Program-made: the position numbers and the translations under genes
In this document: positions 27,945 to 40,817 of the stretch, piece after piece
Position numbering within the stretch: position 1 is the stretch's first letter
Layout: every line of letters starts with the position of its first letter
The notes under the pieces: model-generated
Told to the model about the DNA's origin: nothing
The model's database searches: none
What the model saw: the letters and a program-made list of their open reading frames with translations, nothing else
Source: Camelus dromedarius
Lineage: Eukaryota
Direction of reading: 5' to 3'
DNA length: 64,000 nt
Assembly (NCBI RefSeq): GCF_036321535.1
Contig: NC_087447.1
Location: 49,106,001 to 49,170,000, forward strand

Positions 27945-28465
27945 GTGTATCAGAAATCCCAATATCACTTTGTTCAATGATTCACTAGAAGGACTCAACA
28001 GGACTCAGTGTGTGGTTGTCCTATTGGGTAAGATTTATTACAGCAAACAGATACAAAGCAAAAACAGCAAAAGGGAAAAGGTGCATAGGATGAAGTCCAG
28101 AGGAAACCAAATGCAAGATTCCTGGAGTTCCACATAATGTGCTTAATTCTTCTAACAACATGCTATGGTGATATGTGTGAAGTGTTGTCTGCCAGGGAAG
28201 CCTACTAGAAACTCGGTGCCCAAGTTTTTTACTGGGGGCTCGTTAAGTTGGCACCCTCTGCCTAACCCATGACAAAATTCCAGACTCCTAGAAGGAAAAC
28301 AGGTGTTTAGCACACACCACATTGTTTACAGTTTAGGGAAAGTTTTAATATCAGCCTAGGAAACTACCAGCCAACTTCCCAGATGCCAGCCAAGGACCAT
28401 CCTTTTTAAAAAGCAGGCCTTTCTAAGGATGGAAGTCTCAAGCCTATATGAATTCTTCTTCACAG
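27945..28465 (-). mobile_element. MER21-like LTR
   Basis: caggactcag...gatttattacagc...aaaattccagactcctagaaggaaaacaggtg; related to the copy at about 47785-48200. Confidence 0.7.
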
Positions 28466-30095
28466 AGCTTTTCTTCGTAGTTTATCCTATGAGGGTCAAC
28501 ATAAAAGAAACCAACCTTTGCTTCATCTTTTTATTGCTACAAAGGGAAAGTAATTTGCACTTAGGGTTGAGGAAGGTAAAAGTGAGAAAGAAAAGACAGT
28601 TTCTAAAATATCCTGAATAGAAGGAGAGAGTACATGACAGGTAGCATACATTTTAGTTGATGGGCAGTTTTCGAGAATGATGGGAAATGGACACCCTCCT
28701 GCCCTTTTTCCAGATGTGTGTCTGTACTACAGCAGAGATGCTATTTGCTTTGAGATAGGCTAAGGTTTTTCATGTACACAGTGGATTATCCTCTGAATTG
28801 TAGAGGCACATTTCCTTTCTGTGATGTATGTATAGCTGAATTTCTTTGAGAGTATAGTTTTTTTTTTTGGAATGAGCCAAAAAAGTCTTTTAATGACTTT
28901 GATTCACAAATAAAGTCTGTTATGGATTCTGGCTGTACAAGTTCTTTGTTTTGCTTGCTGTTATCAAAACGGGATTTACTTCACAGCTACTTTTTTTTTT
29001 TTTAAACAAATGGAAGATCTGTGGCAACCATGCATCTTGAGCAAGTCTATCAGTGCCATTTTTCTAACAGCATTTGCTCACTTTATATCTCTGTGTTATG
29101 TTTTGGTAATTCTCTCAATATTTCAGACTTTTCAATGATTATATTTAGCTAGGTAGCCTGTTAATTTCTTCCCAGTCCCATTAGTATTTTTAAAATTAGG
29201 TGTCATGTTTGATTTCTAGGCTGGCAGGCTGTGAGACTCATTATTACAACATGGCTGCCACTAGTAATTATCTCAAAAAAATGCTTGATTTTATTTGACA
29301 CCAAAGAGAAAAAACCCTGATTGTTAATCATTTGAAGTATGACCGTTTTAGTTCACGTTTTCCTCTCAACAAACTTCACAGAATAGTTTTTCTTTTTTGT
29401 GTAAAAATATATAGAATCACAAAGTTAAGTTTAATAAATTATATTTCTACATTATTTTAAAGTCTTCTCATTTTACAGATATTTGTTCCATCTTTATTTC
29501 TTACATGCAGTGTCTGTGAACTTGTACTCAATCAGAAAGAGAAATGAGAAGTTCTCGTCTCTGTCCTTCAGTAAAATCTATTCTAAAGCCAAATGAATTT
29601 TGGATTGCCTGCTGGTTTGTAATTTTTATGAATTAAATAATTTTATGAAATAAAAAAATTAAGAGTTGGGCATTATGATCTATGAAAGGCAGGTTTATCG
29701 GATTATTTGTAGTATCCTGTTCCCCTTAAGCTATGTTCACATAATCACTTGTATTTGAAAAAATTTACTATATAATCCATTCACATGGTCAAAAATTAAA
29801 AAGGTATACATTGAGAAATCTCACTCCCACCCATGCCCCTCTATCTTCTCAGGATATCTGGGTGTGCCATAGTTTAACCAACATGAAGACTGGCAACATC
29901 ATATGCGTACCACCTGATTCCAGTGACCTGGTCTCCTTCAACTTCATTTGTAACTGTTTTGTCTTTTAGCTGTCCAGCATCAGAAGACAGAGTAAATGTT
30001 ATATATACTTGAGGATGCTCTTAAAGAAGTAGTTCATTTTACTTTCAGTAAGATACCATGTCTCTTAATGCACAACTTATTTATTTGTTTTACAG

Positions 30096-30179
30096 TGGAA
30101 GATTGATGATAAGCCTGTAAAAATTGACAAATGGGATGGATCAGCTGTGAAAAATTCTTTGGATGATTCTGCCAAAAAG
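30096..30179 (+). CDS. SPCS2: SPCS2 exon 2 (WKIDDKPVKIDKWDGSAVKNSLDDSAKK)
   Basis: Acceptor ttttacag|TGG, donor AAG|gtactt. 84 nt. Confidence 0.96.
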
Positions 30180-30496
30180 GTACTTTCTTGAGATTGGGGG
30201 AGGGGGTGTCTGTTAGTATGGGTACAGCTGGTGACACATCTCTTGCAGGATTTTTTTCTTCTGTGACTTGGAATGACCTTAGTTTTCAGTGTTAGAAATT
30301 GAGCCAGAAAGTATTTTCTAAAATCTTTGCAGTGTATATAGGGGACATGTGTTAAAATCTAATTGTTACCTACCTCAGGCTTCTCTAAGTCTTAAATTCC
30401 AGAAAGCTGGTAATCTATTGTTTTTGAGGTTAATTAGCCTAGAGACAAGAAGGTTGAGGGGATATAGGACATTCATCCATGATGGATCATCTCTCT

Positions 30497-30644
30497 GCTT
30501 ATTTTTTTGTTTGATTGGGGTTTGTTTGGGGAGGTGGGAATTAGGTTTATTTATTTATTTTTTTTTTAATGGAGATACTGGGGATTGAACCCAGGACCTT
30601 GTGCATGCTAAGCATGCACTCTACCACTGAGCTATACCCTTCCC
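30497..30644 (-). mobile_element. tRNA-derived SINE (Vic-1-like) in SPCS2 intron 2
   Basis: Minus strand reads GGGAAGGGTATAGCTCAGTGGTAGAGTGCATGCTTAGCATGCAC...GGTTCAATCCCCAGT plus an A-rich tail. TSD TCATCTCTCT at 30487-30496 and 30647-30656. Confidence 0.9.
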
Positions 30645-30926
30645 ATTCATCTCTCTATTTAAAACGAGGAAAAGAAATTTTTAGCTTCATCCTAGGGAAG
30701 AAGTTGAGGATTAAAAAAAAAAGTAGAAAAAGCTGATGAACTTTCTCTCTGGGATCATTGTAAACAACTTGAGTCTTTTTTTGCTTGCAGTGGCAAAATC
30801 CTGGTTGGAGAGAACTACTTGGTCATTTGTGTGATTAAGATAACTTTTATCATGGAAATTAAGAATTAAAGGCAGTACAGAGAAGGAGGTATTCCTAATA
30901 GCTTGATTCCTTGTTCTTCTCACTAG

Positions 30927-31087
30927 GTACTTCTGGAAAAGTACAAGTATGTGGAGAATTTTGGTCTAATTGACGGTCGCCTCACCATCTGTACCATCTC
31001 CTGTTTCTTTGCCTTAGTGGCTTTGATTTGGGATTATATGCACCCCTTTCCAGAGTCCAAGCCTGTTTTGGCTTTGTGCGTCATATC
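30927..31087 (+). CDS. SPCS2: SPCS2 exon 3 (VLLEKYKY...VLALCVI), includes a TM segment
   Basis: Acceptor cactag|GTA; ends at U12 donor TC|atatccttt. 161 nt. Confidence 0.95.
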
Positions 31088-31448
31088 ATATCCTTTATTG
31101 AAGCTCATGTTTGTTTTCTACTGACAGTTTTTTAAATTTTCTACTGATACTTGTCCCTGCTCCCTACAAAAAATAAACTTCAAGCCTGGGGCCTGCTAAT
31201 GTTAGGATTTAACATTATGAAATGTGGGCATTTGTAGATTATGTAGTAATTATTGTTAACATTTTAGATTCAGTATTGTTATTTTATCTTAAATTCTTTT
31301 GGGTTATTGGTAGAGGTTATTATAATCCAAGTGTGAACAACTAATAGCAAAACACAGTAATAGTAATAGTGAGACCCAGCTCTTCTCATTTCTAGCCTAG
31401 AACTTTTCCCATTTGACCGGGCTGCTTCAAGCCTCTCATTCCAGGGTA

Positions 31449-33685
31449 TAGACTTACCTCACTTTATTGCCCTTTGTTTTATTATGCTTCACAGCTACTT
31501 TTTTTTTTTTTTAAACAAATGGAAGATCTGTGGCAACCATGCATCTTGAGCAAGTCTATCAGTGCCATTTTTCTAACAGCATTTGCTCACTTTATATTTC
31601 TGTGTTATGTTTTGGTAGTTCTTTCAATATTTCAGACTTTTCAATGATTATATTTGTTATGGTGATATGTAATCAGTGAGCATTCATGTTAATATTGTAG
31701 TTGTTTTTTGTGGCACTACAAACCATACCCATGTAAGACAACAAACTTAATAAATGTATGTGTTCTGACTGTTCCACTGCCCAGCCATTCACCTGTCTTC
31801 TCCCTCCCCTGGGGCCTCCCTATTCCCTGAGATGCAGTAATATTGAAACTAAGCCCTACAGTGGCCTCTGATTGTTCAAATGAAAGGGAGAGTTGCAGGT
31901 CTCTCATTTTAAATCAAAAGCTAGAAATAATTAAATGTGATGAGGAAGGCATTTTGAAAGCCAAGATAGGCCAAACTCTAGGACTCTTGTGCCAAATAGT
32001 GAGGCAAATTGTGAATGCAAAGGAAAAGTTCTTAAAGGAGATTAAAAGTGCTACTCCAGTGAACACATGAATGGTAAGAAAGCGAAAGAACCTTAATCCT
32101 GATATGGTGAAAGTTTTAGTGGTCTGGATAGAAGATCAAACCAGCTACAAGATTTCCTTAAGCCAAAGCCTAATCCAGAGCACAGCGAACTGTCTTCAGT
32201 TCTATGAAGGCTGAGAGAGGTGAGGAATCTTCAGAAGAAAAGTTTGAAGCTAACATGGGTTGTTCATGAGATTTAGAGAAAGAACCATCTCCATAACATA
32301 AAGTACAAGGTGAAGCAGCAACTGCTGATGTAGAAGCTGCAGCAAGTTATCCAGGAGATCTAGCTGAGATCATTAATGAAGGTGGCTACACTAAACAACA
32401 GATTTTTGATGTACATGAAACAGCCTTACATTGGAAGATGCCATCTAGGGCTTTTGTAGTTAGAAGACAATGCCTGGCTTCAAAGCTTTAAAGGACAGGC
32501 TGACTCTTGCAGCTGGTGACTTTAAACTGAAGTCAATGTTTATTTACAATTCTGAAAATTCTAAAGCTTTTTAAGAATTATACTACATCTGCTCTGCCTC
32601 TGCTCTGCAAATGGAACAACAAAGCCTTAATGACAGCACATCTGGATGACAGCACATCTGTTTACAGCATTGTTTACTGAATATTTTAAGCCCATTGTTG
32701 AGACTTACTACTCAGAAAAAAAAAATTCCTTTCAAGATATTACTGCTTGTTGACAGTGCCCTTAGTCATCCAAGAACTCTGATAGAGATGTATAGCAAGA
32801 TTAATGTTGTTTTCATGCCTGCTAATACAACATCCCTTTAGTAGCCATAGCTCAAGGAGTGATTTCAACTTTCAGGCTTTATTATTTAAGAAATATGTTG
32901 TAATGCTATAACTGCCCTGGATAGTGATTCCTCTGATGAATCTGGGCATAATAAATTGAAACCTTCTGGGAAAGATTCACTATTGTAGATGCCATTAAGA
33001 ACATTTGTGATTCATGGGAAGAGGACAAAATATCACCATTAACAGGACTTTAGAAGAAATTGATTCTAGCCCTTATGTATGACTTTGAGAGGTTCAAATC
33101 TCAGTGGAGGAAGTAACTGCAGATGTGGTAGAAATAACAAGATCACGACAATTAGAAGTAGAGCCTGAAGATGTGACTGTATTGCTGCAATCTCATAACC
33201 AAACTTTAACAGATGAGGAGTTGCTTCTGGATGGTTTCTTGAACTGGAATCCACTCCTGGTGAAGATGCTGTGAAGATTATTGAAATGACAACAAGGATT
33301 TAGAATATTACATAAACTTAGTTGATGAAGCTGCAGGATTTGAGAGAGGATTGATTCTAATTTTGAAAGAAATTCTACTGTGGGTAAAATGCTATCAAAT
33401 AGCATTGCATGCTATAGAGGTATTTGAAAGGAAGAGTCAGTTGATGCAGTAAACTTCATTGTTGTCTTATTATAAGAAATTGCCACAGCCACCCCAACCT
33501 TCAGCATCCATCACCTTGATCGGTCAGAAGCCATCGACATTTGAGGCAAGACCCTCCCACCAGGAAGAAGATTATGACTCACTGAAGTGCTCAGATGATA
33601 GTTAGCATTTTTTAACAATGAAGTATTTTTAGATTAAGGTATGTACATTGTTTTTAGACATAATGTTATTGCACACTTAATAGAC
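31449..33685 (+). mobile_element. Near full-length degenerate Tigger1 DNA transposon inside the U12 intron
   Basis: Left end after TA (tagacttacctc). ORF 31843..32070 (LNQKLEIIK...[18 protein letters not shown]) is a pogo/CENP-B-type transposase N-terminus. Many stops; right terminus missing. Confidence 0.9.
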
Positions 33686-34535
33686 CTGAGTTTGAAATCC
33701 CAAGTAATTTTGTGAGTTGTGCCAATAGAATTTAACTTTTTGGAGACTGAACGCTGCTCATTTGTAAATATGAGTAATACACACTAAGAATTAGCATAAA
33801 GATTAAATGAGAGATTTTATAAAGCTTTTGGTTTAAAAAAAACTAAAAAAAATAAATAAATAAAGCTTTTGGTATGTAAAGTTATATGTTCACAGTAACA
33901 ATTTTCTTGTGGTTGCCACTCCCTCTTCCCCAAGTCAGTTTGTGCATACTGAACTTTTTAATTTGAAAAATACTTTGAATGTCTTTCCATGTTAGTATAT
34001 ACAGGACTACCTCATTCTTAATAGCCACTTAGTACTACTGCTGTGTACTAGTTGTTTAAAATAAATCATTTTGATAGGTAGTTTACTTTTCATCACAATC
34101 TTACCACTGCCTGAAATAGTTCTAAAAACTCCGCTTTGGGAATTTTTCTTCAGAGGCAGCTAGAAAGCCATTTAATAAAGCAGGTCTTGGTCAAAATTGG
34201 TATTGTCCAAATTGATCCCAAATCACAGTCCCAGAATTTATACCTTAACTCCTTTCAGTATCAGATAAATGATCCCAGTGTGAACTTTTTCACTATTAAG
34301 ACAACAGTTCAAAAGAGTATGCCATAGGTTCTGAAAAAAGTTCCCAAAGGAGTTGCAAAGAAATTTGAACAATGACAACAACCTTATTACTAATATGTAG
34401 TCTCCCAAGAGATCAGCCTCAATGGAATTTCATCTGTTTGGTTATACTTGTTTAAAACAGAACAACATCTTGCCACTTTTATAATCATGTCATTTTTATA
34501 ATAGTAATGACTACCATTATGAATATCTTCTGTGA

Positions 34536-34828
34536 GACTCACGGACATACAAAACAATCTGGTTACCAAAGGGAAAAGGATGGAGAGGCATAAATTACAG
34601 GTTGGGGATTAACAGACACACATGACTATATATATATAAATAGATAAACAACAAGGACCTACTATATAGCACAGGGAACTATATTCAATTTCTTGTAATA
34701 ACACATAATGGAAAAGACTCTGAAAAGAAAATATATATGTGTATGTATATGTATAACAATCACTTTGCTATACACCTGAAACTAACATTGTAAATCAACT
34801 ACACTTCAGTAAAATTTTTTTTAAAAAA
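34536..34828 (+). mobile_element. Short LINE-1 3'UTR insertion
   Basis: Same 3'UTR motifs as the L1 at 3460-4548 (tatataaatagataaacaacaag, gcacagggaacta). TSD TCTGTGA at 34529-34535 and 34829-34835. Confidence 0.85.
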
Positions 34829-35625
34829 TCTGTGATATTTTTCACAGACTAAAAAATATATACCATCTCTAAATCTCGTGACAATTCTAAAAAGTCAGTT
34901 TTATCCCCATTTTAGAGGTGATATTATTACGCCTTGGGGAAAGGAGTCACTTGTCAAGGTTACATTAGTTAAAAGCCTGAATTCAAATCTAGGACTGCTT
35001 TATTCCAAAGCTCATACACTTCGTACTATACTTTCCTGCCTAGCGCGTCCATAAAATTTAAATGACACATGTACACAAAGCTCTTATGCCAATTTCTGGC
35101 ACACAGCTACTCAAATACGGTAGTTACTCCTATGAAAAACTGAATATAATAATAAGCCTACATGTATATAGGAAGTAATTGTTCTTATAGTAAACTAATT
35201 TGAGGTAGATTTTCTTCTCTTTGACTGATCCTTGAAATTGGTTGAGCACGGTCAAGTCCATTGTGATTATTAGTTTTGAATTGTATAGAGAAATAGCACA
35301 AGTACTTACAAACTAGGTAATAGAGGATCTTATATATGTTGTCCTTGAGCAGAAAAGATGAGAGCTGGTTTATGCTCTGTTCCTTTTTCCTTTCTTCCTT
35401 TTTGAGGTGTTCTTTACTAAATTTAACCAGAGAGAGCCTTGCTTCTCTTGGTATATAAACATAAGGATGAAAATGAAATAGTTAAATTTTCAGTGTTTTT
35501 GCAGCAAGCAAAACTCTATCCTTTAGGACCACCATTAGGAAAGTTTTTGTAGCCCTTGCTTGTCATTTTGTGTTATTTCTCTTTTGTGTGTATGTTTGTG
35601 TGTTCTCCCTTAACTTTATCTGAAC

Positions 35626-35760
35626 CTATTTTGTGATGATGGGGATCCTGACTATTTATACCTCGTATAAGGAAAAGAGCATCTTTCTTGTGGCGCACAG
35701 GAAAGATCCTACAGGGATGGATCCTGATGACATTTGGCAACTGTCGTCTAGTCTCAAAAG
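35626..35760 (+). CDS. SPCS2: SPCS2 exon 4 (YFVMMGILT...QLSSSLK)
   Basis: Overlaps ORF 35633..35818. Donor AAAG|gtatga. 135 nt. Confidence 0.96.
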
Positions 35761-36276
35761 GTATGACTATCCTCACAGATTCTTAAATCCTGCGGTTGGA
35801 TTTTCTCTGGGTATTTAGTCATTATCAACAGACTGTTGTATGCCTATTCTTTGCAGGTCATAGTGTTAGTCATGTAAAATGAAGGGTTATGAATGACCTA
35901 GAAGATTTTCCCTAGCATTACACTTCTGAGATAGCATGATTTATCACAGATAGTGGGGATAAACTGGGAGAAGGTACACTTTGGTGGAAGAATGAAAAAT
36001 GAGTCTCTTTTTCCTTGTGGCCAATAAACTGAGCCAATTAGAGTAAGAATTATAAATTAATAAACAGCTTCTGTCATTACCAACTTGAGATGCATGTAAG
36101 AAGGAGCAGACTTTCATTCTGATGTTGGTTCTTTCTCCTGCTGGCAGGGCTCCTAGCTGCCATTTTGGCCTCAGCCATCATAAATCTGTACCCTGTGCCA
36201 GGCCCCTAGAGCAGAGTTGCAGAGTTCTAGACCTTAGCAACATCTTGATTTCATTATTTTCATTCTGACTTAGGTA

Positions 36277-36905
36277 TTTTTTTAACAGCTTTATTGAAAT
36301 ATAGTTCAGATACTATAGCTCACCTATTTAAAGTGTATATAGTTCAGTGGTTTCTAGTGTGTTTAAAGATATTTGCAACCATAACCACAGGTAACTTTAC
36401 AACATTTTCATCGTCTCCAAGAGAAACTGTACCCTTTGACTGTCATCTCCCTGTCTCCTCATTGCTCCAGCCTTAAATACCCACTAATCTACTTTCTGTC
36501 TCTAGATTTCCCTGTCCTGGATATTTCACGTGAATGGAATCATATAATACATGATCCTTTGTGACTGGCTTCTTTCACTTAGAATAATGTTTTCAAGGTT
36601 CAGCCATAGTGTAGCATGTATTGATACTTCATTCCTTTTTATGCCTGATGTTATATTGTAAGGACATACCACATTTTATTTATCCATTTATTCGTTGATG
36701 GATGTTTGAGTCGTTTCCACCTTTTGGCTATTATGAATAATGCTTCTATAAACATTCATGTACAAGTTTTTGTGTGGACATACATTTTAATTGCTGGATC
36801 ATATAGTAACTCTTTTTTAATTGCTTGAGGAACTGCCAGTCTGTTTTCCAAAACAGCTACACCATTTTACAGTCCCACTAGCAGTATAAGAGGGCTCTGA
36901 TTTTT
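36277..36905 (-). mobile_element. Old LINE-1 3' fragment
   Basis: Antisense L1 motifs (ttttaacagctttattgaaatata, ctggcttctttcacttag, ttccaccttttggctatt). Confidence 0.8.
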
Positions 36906-39900
36906 TTTCACATTACCTGTTGACTTTTACCAACTGCCACATTGTTGGTGCCTGTGGAGAGGAAATATGCCACCTCTTTTTGTCTCATTGTAGTTAAATA
37001 CAGACTTGCTTCTCTTTCCTTGGAGATGACTCCTGACTCATTGGCACTCTCTCTAACATAGTTCCTTTCAGAAGGCTTGATAATTTCAGTATCCATGTAG
37101 GTGATTATTCCAGTACTGTGGTCTCTCAGTTTTACTTCCTGTCTGATTATCTTGTTTTCTGCCATGTCTTAAATATTTATTTCCCTTACATACCCTAGAC
37201 CTTACTGTTACTGATAACTAATTACCTTCAATAATTTCACTTCTAAGTATCCCACTCTCTGACCACTGCTTTCTATTTTTCTAGTTTGTCTCCTTGTTCT
37301 CTTGTCCCAACAGTTATTCAGCCCCAGTGGCATCAATAACCCATTGAGCCTCCCACCTTTTCACTGTACCTCATCCCTTCAGTGTCTCACTTCCTCCTTT
37401 CCCTGCTTAGATTCCCTGGCACTTCTGTAATCCAGTTACTCTCTCACTGTCCGAGAGGATCTGTCATACCTTCGCCTCTGTTCTCAAACCTCTTGTCCTC
37501 TTCACCCATCTTCGTTCTCATATTCTTTTTGTTTCTGAGAAGATAGAAGCAATGAGAAGTCTCCCATCGTTATCCACTCACAGTGCTCATCATACCCTGC
37601 CTTCTTTCTCAGTTCCTGTCTGAAGCCTCCTCTCCATTTGTCCGCTAGCATCTATCCCTTCTCATTGACGCGATGTTTCCCTTTCTGCTGGGTCATTCTC
37701 TCTGGCATGAGCATATATTGTAATTTCTCCCAGTGGAAAATTGTTTTTCTCTTCCCTTCTTCTCTCATATGGTCTCCCCATTTCCCTGCTCCCCTTTTCT
37801 TCCTCTCCCATTATTTCTGGGGTCTGCTCATCTTTACTTCTCTTTCCTCATCGTACTTGACCTGTCAGCAGCATTTAACACAGTGGATCACTCTCTCCTT
37901 GTTATACTTCTTTTTTTTTTTTTTAAACTAGGCTTCTAGGGTGCCGTAGTCTTACAATTTTCTCTTAATGTCTGTTCCTTAGTCTCCTCTGTGATTCTTC
38001 ATTACCCTCTTTCTCTAAGTTTGAAATGCTTGTTCCTGCCACCTCTTCTCTATCTATATTCACTCACTAGGTGTAATCTTATCTAGACTTTCAAGATTTT
38101 AAATACCATCTGTAATGATGAAGATCTCTAAATCTGTATTTTCATCCTAGACCTATTCTCTGAACTCCAGGTACGTTCCACCTTTCTATTTGACATTGGA
38201 TCCTAATGAGCATCTCATAGTTAATATATACAAAACTTAACTCTTCTATCCCTCATCTAAACCTCCTTTTCCCTGTTTTCCCAATCTCAGTAAATGGCAA
38301 CTCCATCCTAGTTACTCAGGCCATTTAACTCCTCTCTCAGTCCTTCAGATAGATTGTCAGCAGATTGTCAGCTCTACCTCCTAATTAGATTCATTCTAAC
38401 CACTTAGTATCTCCACTGCTGCCATCATCTCTCAGTTAGGTTCCTATAATAATGTCCTAATAGACTTCTGCAGCTGCTTTCCCTGCCCATAGTCTATTTC
38501 CAGTACAGGAGGCAGAGTGATCCCTTTAAAATGTAAGGCAGATCAACTCAATCCTCAGCTCAAAATCCTCTCAGAAAAAACTAAATTCCTAAGCATGGCT
38601 TAGAAGTGCATACTTACCTATTCTCTGCATCCCACATACATGCAGACACCCCTCACCTCCTGTGACTCGCATCTCCTCCCTCTCCATTGTTTGTATTGGC
38701 CTCCTTTCTGTTCTTCACACATTCTAGGCATGTGCTTGCCTCAGGCCTTTGCATTGTTTCCACTGCCTGGAATATTCTTTTTCCAGATAGCTTGTTCTCT
38801 AACCTTCTTTAGGCTCTGCTCAAACATCTGTTTAGTGAAGACTTTCCATATTTAAAAGAGCATCATAGTTTTTATTTTATTGTTGGTTTCCTCACACATA
38901 CTAAAATAAAACTCTCAAAAGACAGAGAGATTACTCTGCTGTGTTCATTACTGTATGTCCTTAGCATCCAAAACTGCCTGACATATGGATGGTCCTGAAT
39001 AAATATTTGTTCAATTAATGAGAAACTATTTCTGTTAGATCATGTCCTACCATCAGAACCATGGAACTGGACTCAAAAGTCCAAAAATTGCTGTGATATT
39101 GCTTAGCAACAGTGATCAAAACTTGAGAAAAACTTTTGAGGTGTTGAAAATAGTTCAAGGACCTGTACTCCTAGCTATCCAGGTTGGAAGTAACTGGCTA
39201 GACAACAATTTATGGAGCTATGATCTTTTAAACACCAGTTAATGATAGGAACTATTACAACTGTAACAGTGATTCTGAAAAATAGGTGATAGTGTTACTG
39301 TTTTAAACAGGCTGAGAAAAACAGATGCTTAAGCATCTGCTTCCTCTAAAGGTAATACCAGCCTGACAATCCGTTGAATATGCCCTAATTAAATGGAGAC
39401 AGAAAGAGAGGACTTGGGGGAGGAATGTCAGCCTGCCAGAGGTTGATGTTATAAACCTTCTTTAGTGGGTGGAGATAGTAAAGGCCTTCACGATATACCT
39501 TATGGTGTAGCTAAGAAATCTGTGGAGTTTGTGTAGTAAAAGATATCCCTGGCCTGGGATCAGGGTGGAACCTGGAGCTAGACTGATTACAGGGAACAAG
39601 GACTGTGTAGCCTGGAATTGGGGAACATCTGTGAAAATAAGAGTTCTTCATTCATTAATAAAAATTTGCCTACCAAGTGCCAAGCTAAGAATAGAAAACA
39701 AGTAAGACAAAATCCTTGCCCTCAAGAATCCCTGTGACTAGTGAAGAAAACAAATACTTAGTCATCACTTTAAGAGATAATCTCACTGATAGCATAGGAG
39801 CCTATCATTAGACCTAGCTAATGACAGGCACTCAGTATTTGAGTTAGCTATTGATTGACGGTGCTGTGGATGACATAGGAGAGACATCTAACGCAATTTG

Positions 39901-40630
39901 GGAGTGTTTGGAAAGGTTTTCCCAGAAAGTTTTATGCCCAAGTATTAACAAATGGGAACTAGTCAGGTGAGATTGGAGAGAAGTGTCTACTAGGAAGACC
40001 CTTAGCATAACAACGAACCGAAATCCAGAGGTGAGAGAAGATGGTCCATATGGTTTAACAGTCTATGACAAGGTGAAGGGCATGCACAGTAATTTTTTTT
40101 TTTTTTTGAAAGGCTAGTGCTGTGTGTTCCCTATATCACCAGTAGCCAGCTCCACCCTTAGTGCTCTTGGTTTCAATCAGGAGTCTAAAGAAGAGTCTTA
40201 TGGTCGTTGGCCATTTCAGAACTTTGGAAATGTAATGTCAATTCATCAGAAAGAAACATGAGTCATTAGTGATAGATGTGGGCTCATACCTACTTGAAGT
40301 TTATTAATACTGGGATTCCAAAATTTAGAGATCCCTGATTTAACTTGTTCATTGGAATTATAAAACTGTTGGATCCAATTACTACCCCAGAAAATTACTG
40401 TGGGTTTTCCACGAAAACAGTAGGATGATTCTTTTTGAGTTGTTTATTGGATTATAAAACTGCATCTATATTATGGACATTGATTGAGAAAGTTACTTTC
40501 ATAGTAAAGCACTTTTTAAATATTAATAAATTAATTTTTAAAAAGTACTTAATGCTATACTGTTAAATGTCTGTGTTGAAAAGTCTGTTGAAAGTCTGTG
40601 TATAGTTTTTGATTTGTTGTCTTTGCTCAG

Positions 40631-40817
40631 GTTTGATGACAAATACACTCTGAAGCTGACCTTCATCAGTGGAAGAACAAAGCAGCAACGGGAAGCCGAG
40701 TTCACCAAGTCCATTGCTAAGTTTTTTGACCACAGCGGGACACTGGTCATGGATGCATATGAGCCTGAAATATCTAGGCTCCATGACAGTCTCGCTACAG
40801 AAAGAAAAATAAAATAG
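40631..40817 (+). CDS. SPCS2: SPCS2 exon 5 coding part (FDDKYTLK...ERKIK*)
   Basis: Acceptor ctttgctcag|G, stop TAG 40815-40817. The five exons total 678 nt = 225 aa + stop. Confidence 0.96.

Larger units (their letters stand above)
31088..35625 (+). other. SPCS2: U12-type (minor spliceosome) AT-AC intron, SPCS2 intron 3
   Basis: 5'SS ATATCCTTT, branch site CCTTAAC at 35608-35614, terminal AC at 35624-35625. Joining restores TC|C TAT TTT GTG (S-Y-F-V) in frame. Confidence 0.95.

Noticed and set aside
30570..30644. tRNA-Ala-like sequence
   Set aside because: It has an A-rich tail and TSDs, so it is a SINE rather than a tRNA gene.
31843..32070. Transposase-like ORF as a domesticated TIGD gene
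   Set aside because: The element is full of stops and frameshifts.
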